This document shows, in pieces, positions 55,841 to 64,000 of a DNA stretch of 64,000 nt. The notes below the pieces were generated by a model that worked only from the letters and a program-made list of their open reading frames with translations, searched no databases and had not been told where the DNA came from. Position 1 is the first letter of the stretch. Every line of letters starts with the position of its first letter. The stretch is taken from NCBI RefSeq assembly GCF_009914755.1, contig NC_060927.1; one strand, 5' to 3'. Source of the DNA: the human T2T-CHM13v2.0 reference genome, Homo sapiens. The translations under genes and the position numbers were made by a program.

Positions 55841-56442
55841 ATATATATTCCACTCTAGGATCCCTTTTACTTAAGCAAATTTTATAAAAAGAATAATTAA
55901 GGTCCATAGTTCACCTAAGTCTTAATAGAATGCCACCAGTATCTATTTTTCAAATGGATTTGGAAATAAACATGATGCAACAAGAAGAAAGAGAATGAAA
56001 AACAGGGTGAAGATTTTAGTTTAAAGTTGCATTAAACTTTAGTCAGCATGGAACAGTGAAATGGGTAAATAGAAATTGACCCACCACTCTCATTTTATCT
56101 AATGTCACATTTCTTTAAGAATAACTTCCAGATGCTGGCCTGGGTGTACATTTTCCTATTTCTGGCAAAGAAAACTCTTGCATTTTGCCAGCCTGAGAGA
56201 ACAGAATCTATTAATCAGTGCCAGCCATGATTTGTTCTTTCAACATAAAAGCACAGTCCTTTTTCTTGGAATGTTTTTAGTTGCAATAATCTTTTACTTC
56301 ACTTCTGTCTACAAGTGTGCACATTCATATTTATGCCATGAACTGTGTTAGAGTTTAGCACTGGTTTTTTAATTTAGTGAGTCAATTATCATAAATCAGT
56401 ACATAGCAGATTCCTTCGGGAACGCAAGTAGTCCTTCTAAGG

Positions 56443-56596
56443 CAGTGGTTCTCAAACTTTGGTCTGTATTAGAACACCTAGAATGTTTGTGAAGCACACA
56501 GAGGCAGGCTTGTTGAAGTAAAATAGGGCCCAAATCTTTGTATTTTTATCAAGTTGCTAAGTGCTTCAGACACCAAGAAAAGTTTGAGAACCGCTG
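56443..56596. mobile_element. MER5-type MITE with near-perfect TIRs
   Basis: CAGTGGTTCTCAAACTTT / AAAGTTTGAGAACCGCTG; 8-bp TSD-like TTCTAAGG/TTCTACGA. Confidence 0.8.
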
Positions 56597-57035
56597 TTCT
56601 ACGACTTATTTCAGCTCTTCCCATTTTTGGGTCTCAAAGCTGAGCTCATGAAGCTTTCCAGATTCAAGTCTTCCTTTCTTACCTAGGTCCTGAGCTGGAA
56701 CGATGGAATCTAGCAGAAGTTGCCTTTCCAGATTCAAACGGCTTCTATGTGAGTTCCTGAATCATAACTTCTTCCTGTCCATGTGCCCAGTTCCCAGGCT
56801 AGGCTAAGGTTCTTACTTCTTTAGTACTCTCTTCAGTAACCTAGACATGAGGCTTTTCTCCACAATGCGAGCTCTGCAACCAGAGTTACACTTTCTTCTG
56901 GCTAGTCTCTCTGCCTGGTTCCTGAAATATATCCACTGAAATTTATTTCCATCTGAATACCTTTTAAGCAATTTATCCATTCCACTTGATTTTTGAATGC
57001 CACCTGTAAAGCAGTGTTCTCAAACTTTGGTTGAT

Positions 57036-57310
57036 GTGGTAAGTAACCTTTAAGATGACCTCAATGATTCACTTGTTTTAGAAGTCACACCTTTGTGTAA
57101 TTCCTTCATATTGAGTGTGAACTGGACTTGTGGAGTCAGTTCTGATTTATAGAAAATGACAGCAGTACTAAGATGTTAGGAAGTTATGAAAAGACCATGG
57201 CTTTCACCTTGGCAATATTTCTTATCCAATCTCTTGAATTACTTACTCAAAAACATATGACAGCCATGTCAAGAGGCAGGCCTATGGAAAAGCCCACCTG
57301 GTAAGAGACC
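57036..57310 (+). mobile_element. MLT1F/G-like LTR 5' fragment
   Basis: TGTGGTAAG...TAAGATGACCTCAATGATTC...TTGAGTGTGAACTGGACTTGTG...GCCTATGGAAAAGCCCAC. Confidence 0.6.
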
Positions 57311-58519
57311 AACTGCCGTAAACCAAGTAGTTGAAAAAAATAAGATAAGCCTTACCTGAGCATAGAAATCTCATTGGACTACTTAGGCAGGAATCAGGAT
57401 TAACAGGTTCAATAAGGAATACTCACTTCTTGCTCTCATTTTATGAAAGGACATGTCTACACAAGCAAACCGTATTAAAAAGTACAGCAACTACCCACAA
57501 AACAAATTGTTAGAAGAAATAAAACTTTTGTGTGTGTAAAAATTTGCTATATGCATCTACTGAGCCATCTTTTGGCTTGTTCTAAAATATATGTTGCCAA
57601 CTTCCTGATTTCAGGAGAAGGGATTTGTTATTTACGGGCAAGGGATAGAGAATAAGAATAGTGAAACTGTCTTCTAAGGAGTTATTTAATTTTGTTGGAG
57701 CTTATGTGTCTTGGAACAAGAGAGTAATGTTAAAACCATAACCACACAGAAAGGGCTTTAGAATAAAAATAAAGTATAACATATTGGGAAGTATAATGAT
57801 TGAGCCACAAATTTACCAAAACAGAAAAAGAAGTTCCAACATTGTGATGATATTACACATTGCCATCTTGGTTATTCCAAAAAAAATTCTTGCATTTTTG
57901 CATTTTTTTCTGTGAATACAACTTTTTAATCAAGTAATCTCCAACTCCCCCAAAAACTTTGTAATTTTTAGGCTAATATATTTTAATTTTTGTACTCTAT
58001 TACAGGTTTATTTCTAAAATGTCTTTTTCTAACATTCAGATATTTAGCAATAGGGCAGTCTTTTCAGTATAAGACTAGTCAGATTTATATTATTATTTAT
58101 TTGTGTCTATATATGTAAAAGGAAATTTTATGTGCATAAAATTTCCCATTTCCTGACAATCTCATGTGTCTTCTTGAGGACTGACAGCAGAACAATTTCT
58201 TCTAGGTCTTCCCTAATTCTGAATATCAGGATACTTCAAGAATTCATCTACTTCAATATTGCAGATGTATCCAAGATAAAATTGTGACAAAATCCTTTTT
58301 TGAGTCAGTGAACAACTTCAAAAGAGAAAATGAGAAATTTTGAAAACTGTTTTAACTTATTTAATTCACAAGAGCACTGTGTAGCACCTATAACCTCACC
58401 AGTCTTGTAAAAGTTGGTTTGTAAGTCCATAGTGGTTAGTTCTACATTCAGGGAGTGGCTTAAAATTTATGCCAATGGGATGATGCCATGAACACTGTTT
58501 TATAATCCATTTTCTTTTT

Positions 58520-59230
58520 TTTAAATGGAAATATGCAATATCTTTCCATGTCACTAAATATATGGTATTTTATCACCTAGATGTCTTATTATTTATTTAA
58601 GCAATATCCTGGTATTGAACATTTAAGTTGCTATTTTTCCATGTGATAAACTCCAGTAAACATTCTCATTGATACATTTTTGTCCATATCCAAGATTATC
58701 TCTTTAAAGTAAATTCCTGGAAGTGGAATTGGTAAGCCAAATACAGGAACATTGCTAAGGCATTGACATGTATTGCCAAATGACCTTCCAGGAAGCTTTT
58801 GAACACTTTAGATTCCCACCAGCAGTGGAAAAGAATGCTCATTTTCTCATACATTCACCAGTGGTGTTTTTTTTGTTGAGGCTGTATGTTTGTTTGTTTG
58901 TTTTAATTTTGGTTAATTTTATAGTAGCAAATGTAACCTAATTGCTATTTGTTAGTATCTCTTGGATTTTCTGCGATGCTAAGCACTTAAACATTTCTAG
59001 TGGCTTCATAATATTATTGGGATGTATCAAAATGACTCAATAATTCCCCATTTTTTACTTTGAATTGCTTCTAAATAATGAATAATGTGGCAAGTAACCT
59101 TTTGCATATGACTAAAATTTATGTTTCTGTTTATCTTCAGGGTGGATTCACACAAAAGAAATTAGTAGAAGAAAGAATTTTGCTAAATTTCTTTTCAGAA
59201 AGACTTTACTCATTTATCAGCAATAAATAG
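58520..59230 (-). mobile_element. L1ME-type fragments
   Basis: TAAATTCCTGGAAGTGGAATTG...TATTGCCAAATGACCTTCCAG...TTCCCACCAGCAGTG. Confidence 0.7.
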
Positions 59231-59569
59231 TATCTGTTATGAGTTAAATTGTGTCTCCAAAAAGATATGCTGGGGTAATAGCCACTGGGAACTTTGAATG
59301 TAATCTTATTTGGAAATAGGGTCTTTGCTAATATTATCAAATTAAGATGAAGTCATATCAAATTAAGTATGACTGTCCTTATAAGAGGAGAAGAGACACA
59401 GACACAGAGGAAAGACTGCCATATGAAGATGGGGCAAGGATTGGAGTTACATTGCTACAAGCCAAGGAATGCCTGGCACTACCAGAAGCTGGAGGAGACA
59501 AGGGAGGATTAATGTCCTTTAGGAGCTTCAAAGGAAATATGTCCCTCTCAACAACTTGACTTCTAATGT

Positions 59570-60020
59570 TGTGATGGTTAATACTGAGTGTCAACTTGAT
59601 TGGGTTGAAGGATACAAAGTATTGATCCTGGGTGTGTCTGTGCCAAAGGAGATTAACATTTGAGTCAGTGGGATGGAAAGGCAGACCCACCCTTAATCTG
59701 GGTGGGCAAAATCTAAGCTGCTAGCATGACTAGAATATAAGCAGGCAGAAAAATGTGAAAAAGAGAGACTGGCCTAGACTCCCAGCCTACGTCTTTATCC
59801 TGTGCTAGATGCATCCTGTCCTTGAACATCAGACTCTTAAGTCCTTCAATTTTGGAACTCACACTGGCTCTCCTTGCTCCTCAGCCTGCAGACAGCCTAT
59901 TGTGGGACCTTGTGATCATGTGAGTTAATACTTAATGAACTTAATAATAAATTAATATTTATATATTAATACATAATGGAATATATATTCCATTAGTTCT
60001 ATCCCTCTACAGAATCCTAT
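59570..60020 (+). mobile_element. MLT2A1 (HERV-L) solo LTR
   Basis: TGTGATGGTTAATACTGAGTGTCAACTTGATTGG...GCCTATTGTGGGACCTTGTGATCATGTGAGTTAATACTT...CATTAGTTCTATCCCTCTA. Confidence 0.9.
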
Positions 60021-60047
60021 TAGAATGACAAACTCTTAAAAACATTG

Positions 60048-60336
60048 TTTTTTTTTTTTTTTTTTTAGAGACGGTCTTGTTCTGTCACCCAGGTTTGAAT
60101 GCAGTGGCATGATCATAACTAAATGCAACCTCAAACTCCCCAGCTCAAGAGATCCTTCCACTTCAGCCTCCCGAGTAGCTAGGACTACAGTCATGCGCCA
60201 CCACACCCAGCTAAATTTATTTTTTTGTAAAGACAGTCTTTCAATGTTGCCCAGACTGGTCTCAAACTCTTTGTCCCAAGTGACTCTCCTGCCTCGACCT
60301 CCCAAAGTGTTGGGATTACAGGCGTGAGCCACCATG
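60048..60336 (-). mobile_element. AluJ-type element
   Basis: Reverse Alu with J-like ATCATAACT/AACTCCCCAGCTCAAG...; poly(T) at left. Confidence 0.88.
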
Positions 60337-61992
60337 TTAAATGAGAAAATAAATTTACGCAGTTTTAAGCCATCCAGCTTGTGATACGTTGTTATGGGAG
60401 CCCTAGGAAATTAATACACCATTATTTTCAAAGTGCTGCTAATTTATAAGACAACATTGGTTTTTAATTGTTCTGATTTTCAAAAATATCTGCTGACTTA
60501 AAATATGAAGATTGTATTCAAGTGTTCTGATTTTCATTGAAGTTAAAAATTTGTCTTAAATACTAGACATTTACTTCTATCAATTTTCTCACAATGTTTT
60601 TATACCTTTTTCTCAGTTATTGTAACATTAGTGTTCTTTTTAATCAATATATTATGAATGTCACTTTTTATCCATCACATTAATTACAAATGTTTTTCTC
60701 TAGTTTTTGGTTTCCTATAACTTACTTCCTAAATATATAAAATAAACAGAAATAATTTTATGTGTGTAGAATATTTTTACTTAAGAAGAATAGATTGTCA
60801 AATTACAACCACCATCACCACCACCACCAACATGAGATTCTCTTGGAAATATATCAAAATATTATCAAAAGTCTTAAAAGTCTGTCTTTTAGAAGCAAAA
60901 AGGAATAAAAACAGTGCATATGTAGTTTTAATGTTATGAATGACAGGTTAGGGATAGAGAATATTTTTATTCGTCACTGAATATTACATTTTTAGGGAGA
61001 ATATTTATTTCTCTCTAATGAGTAACATGAAGGCAAATTGTTACCAAATATGGCAGAATGCAAAATTATGTAATTAAAAATAAGGTCTAGAAAAACTAGC
61101 ATTATTTTTAAGGAAACAGAAAGAAGGAAAGAAGAAAAGATAGAAAAGAAGAAAGAGAGAGAGGAAGGAAGAGAGAAAAAAGCTGTGGAAAACTTTGAAG
61201 GAACAAAAGCAATCAGAATATTTTTAGATAACTAAATAATGATATCTTGTGAAGAAGGTAAAACATGTAAGATCTGCAGGAGTAATGGCTCTGTCAAAAT
61301 CCCCATCCATGATAAAAGCATGAGGCCATGATGATAATCACTGTGGGAACCTCTGAGATAAGAATTTATCTTCAAGAAGAGCAATAAAATGCTGACAAGC
61401 ACAATTTAATTATGATGGAGTAGGTCCTGAATGACTGTAAATCTACCACTGGGGTCCGTATGAAAATTAAGATGCAGGAGTATATGTTTTAATTTATAGG
61501 ATTCTTTTTTGGACTGCTTATAAATCAAAAAAATAGCAGAAATTTCAAGGACAAAACACATGCTCTACTCATTTTCTGAGGCCTTCTTGGGTGGGTCAGG
61601 TTTTTTCCTTGATTCTATTAAGTCAGTAAGCCAGAATTCTAGTGCTTATCTTTTTCTATTCCTTGTTATGTCCATAATCACAAGGTCTAATAAATACACA
61701 TAATGAAATGATATGGTATGAACTCCTAAGATTAAATTGCAAAATCTATGAATAAGAAATCAAGTAGGATCTTACAAACTTACTTAATAAATAGACCTTA
61801 ACATGGAAAATGATACATAAACAACAACTGAGCTTGTTCAGTGGTTATGAATAACCATAAGAACGTTTATTCTGTTATATTACAAATTTACTTAACTTTT
61901 GCAATCATAAGAAGTAGGCTTTCTTATGCCTCCCTTTTAGCCAATAAAAATTGATTTTCCTTGATTTAATGAAAATTTTAAAACAATGAATA

Positions 61993-62312
<320 letters not shown>

Positions 62313-62679
62313 TTAAGTATAAACCCAATTATAGCCAATGACTTTTCTCATGTTACCTTTGAGATGAATTGCTTGAACATGCATATTATGATGTTTCAAT
62401 TTGGGTAAATATTATGAAAATGGGAACCTAGTCCTGATTCTCATTTCTCACTCCTTTGAAATCTTGTGAATAGCCTTTATGGTAATGAAATAACTGTGTG
62501 ACAAAAGGGTGGAAATAAAAACAAGGCTGGAAAATTTAAGGTATACAGAAGACTCAAATTGGGATGGCCACCTAGCTCACAACAAACTGAGAATTTGATC
62601 TTGCTTCCCAATTTCATCTCAACATGCTGGCTTGATGTAATGTGATCCTCTATTTGTGAGCATGGTGATAAGTCTAAGG

Positions 62680-62918
62680 CAATAGTTCTCAATCAGGGAA
62701 CTGGCTGATCCCTGGGTACCTGGGGGACATTTGACAATTTCTAGGGATAGTTTTGGTTGCACAATTTGGGGTAAGAGGGTTGCCACTGGCATCTAGTGGG
62801 TAGAGGCCAGGGATGCTGCTAACCCCCCTACAATACACAGGACACAACCACCTACAACACACAATTATCTCACCCAGAATGTCAATTGTGCTCAATAGTG
62901 CTGATGTGAGAAACCCTG
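62680..62918 (+). mobile_element. MER20 (hAT-Charlie) MITE
   Basis: GGGGACATTTGACAAT...ACTGGCATCTAGTGGGTAGAGGCCAGGGATGCTGCTAA...GAGAAACCCTG; TSD GTCTAAGG/GCCTAAAG. Confidence 0.9.
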
Positions 62919-63196
62919 GCCTAAAGACAAATGAAGCAAAGGCAACCACAGTTCTTTCTCAAGACTTTGTTGGGTTTTGTTTTTGTGTTTATGTATGTAA
63001 AAGCTGGAGAACAAAGCTCAGTCTCCCTGTGTGATAAAGCTTGGAAAATGGTGTCTAGAAACTGCCTCACAAAGGTGGCAGCAGATGAGGCTGAAGTCAC
63101 CACACAAAAGAAGCAAAGCTGGAGGAAATACCAGAGTCCTGGTGGCTTTCAATTTAATCTCTGATTGCATTGTCTCCAGTTACAATTTGGCTTCTC

Positions 63197-63253
63197 CCAG
63201 TTATGGATTGTAACTAGTTATGGATTCTATAACCCAGTTATGAAAGTTATATC
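63197..63253 (+). repeat. Short tandem repeat, about 3 units of 18-20 bp (AGTTATGGATT..TAAC)
   Basis: CCAGTTATGGATTGTAAC / TAGTTATGGATTCTATAAC / CCAGTTATGAAAGTTATATC. Confidence 0.7.
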
Positions 63254-63454
63254 CCGACAAATGGATATTGCTGTTTGTCTAAAATGCCAAATTGCCTAAA
63301 TTTACTATTATGGCATCGTGCTCTCCTTTACAACTTCTTCCCAGTGTACCCAGTGTACAGAGAAGTTCAGGTGAGATGCTGCCCTGAAACCTGCAGTATC
63401 TAGAGTGGACTTGTGTGCCCCCTGTGTTTACTCTCACCAAGGGGAGCTCTTATG

Positions 63455-63464
63455 CTGATTGGCC
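63455..63464 (-). promoter_or_regulatory. NF-Y/CCAAT (Y-box) motif
   Basis: CTGATTGGCC matches the Y-box consensus CTGATTGGYY in non-repeat DNA. Confidence 0.35.
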
Positions 63465-63744
63465 AGCGAATACAAGCTTTTAAAACATTCTACTGCCTAA
63501 ACCTGTGTAGTGTAAGGCTGCCTCGGAGAAGCAAGGGGAGTCCATTGTCAGGAAGGAACAATTGTCAAGGAAACTATGTGTTTCAGTAATGCTCTGCCAT
63601 GCTGGCTCCAGACCCTCTGAGTCATTAGTTATTTTTAACCCCTAATAATGAAGGCTTTTGGTTCCAGCCCCTGCCCCTTCCGAGGTACAAGATGACCCCA
63701 GAAGGATTAAGTCTGAACCAACCCCCTTCTAGCCCCCCTACCCT

Positions 63745-63759
63745 ACACACACAGACACA

Positions 63760-63800
<41 letters not shown>
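63745..63800 (+). repeat. (CA)n microsatellite
   Basis: About 28 dinucleotide units with two GA interruptions. Confidence 0.97.
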
Positions 63801-63802
<2 letters not shown>

Positions 63803-64000
63803 TCTTCTCTTCTGACAATGCTAGGGACAGACCACAAGTCCCTCATCCCTCAGTTCTCCTGAAGTATTTATATATCTGTGTTTGTGCTGTGAATGGAGAG
63901 GAGGAGAGGGGAGGAGGTAAGCTGGAGTGGTATTTTCCCTTCTAGCTCTGAGGATTCATCTTAAGGTTTGTCATACAAAGTGAATGGCCTCAGCATCCTC

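Larger units (their letters stand above)
59235..60418 (+). mobile_element. MLT1B/C MaLR LTR split by MLT2A1 and an AluJ
   Basis: Left part TTATTTGGAAATAGGGTCTTTGC...CAAGCCAAGGAATGCC...CCAGAAGCTGGA; right part TTTTAAGCCATCCAGCTTGTG...GCCCTAGGAAATTAATACA. Confidence 0.85.

Noticed and set aside
63197-63253. CRISPR-like repeat array
   Set aside because: No unique spacers, eukaryotic context and no cas genes; it is a short tandem repeat.

Overview
AT-rich, CpG-depleted primate (human-like) genomic DNA, most likely intergenic or deep intronic. No convincing host protein-coding exon, RNA gene or CRISPR array was found, and almost all ORF-track entries are transposon-derived or chance ORFs. The window is a layered transposon landscape: the 5' UTR of a minus-strand L1PA at the left edge (antisense promoter facing into the window); a complete THE1 MaLR element (8342-10620); a 5'-truncated old L1PA carrying an MLT2A2 LTR; a two-LTR non-autonomous MER61-type ERV1 provirus (43459-48479); a MER51 solo LTR containing an Alu; a complete MST/THE1D-like MaLR element (51462-53790); seven Alus; and many MLT1, MIR, L2 and hAT/Tigger relics. 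I found no evidence of a new biological system. The most interesting details are the MER61 interior (tRNA-Lys PBS, two tandem gag N-terminus relics abutting an env-tail relic), atypical insertion junctions, DUX4-type motifs in several LTRs, a near-perfect DR4 element and a promoter-like right end. Repeat subfamily names are from recalled consensus sequences and need confirmation with RepeatMasker/Dfam.
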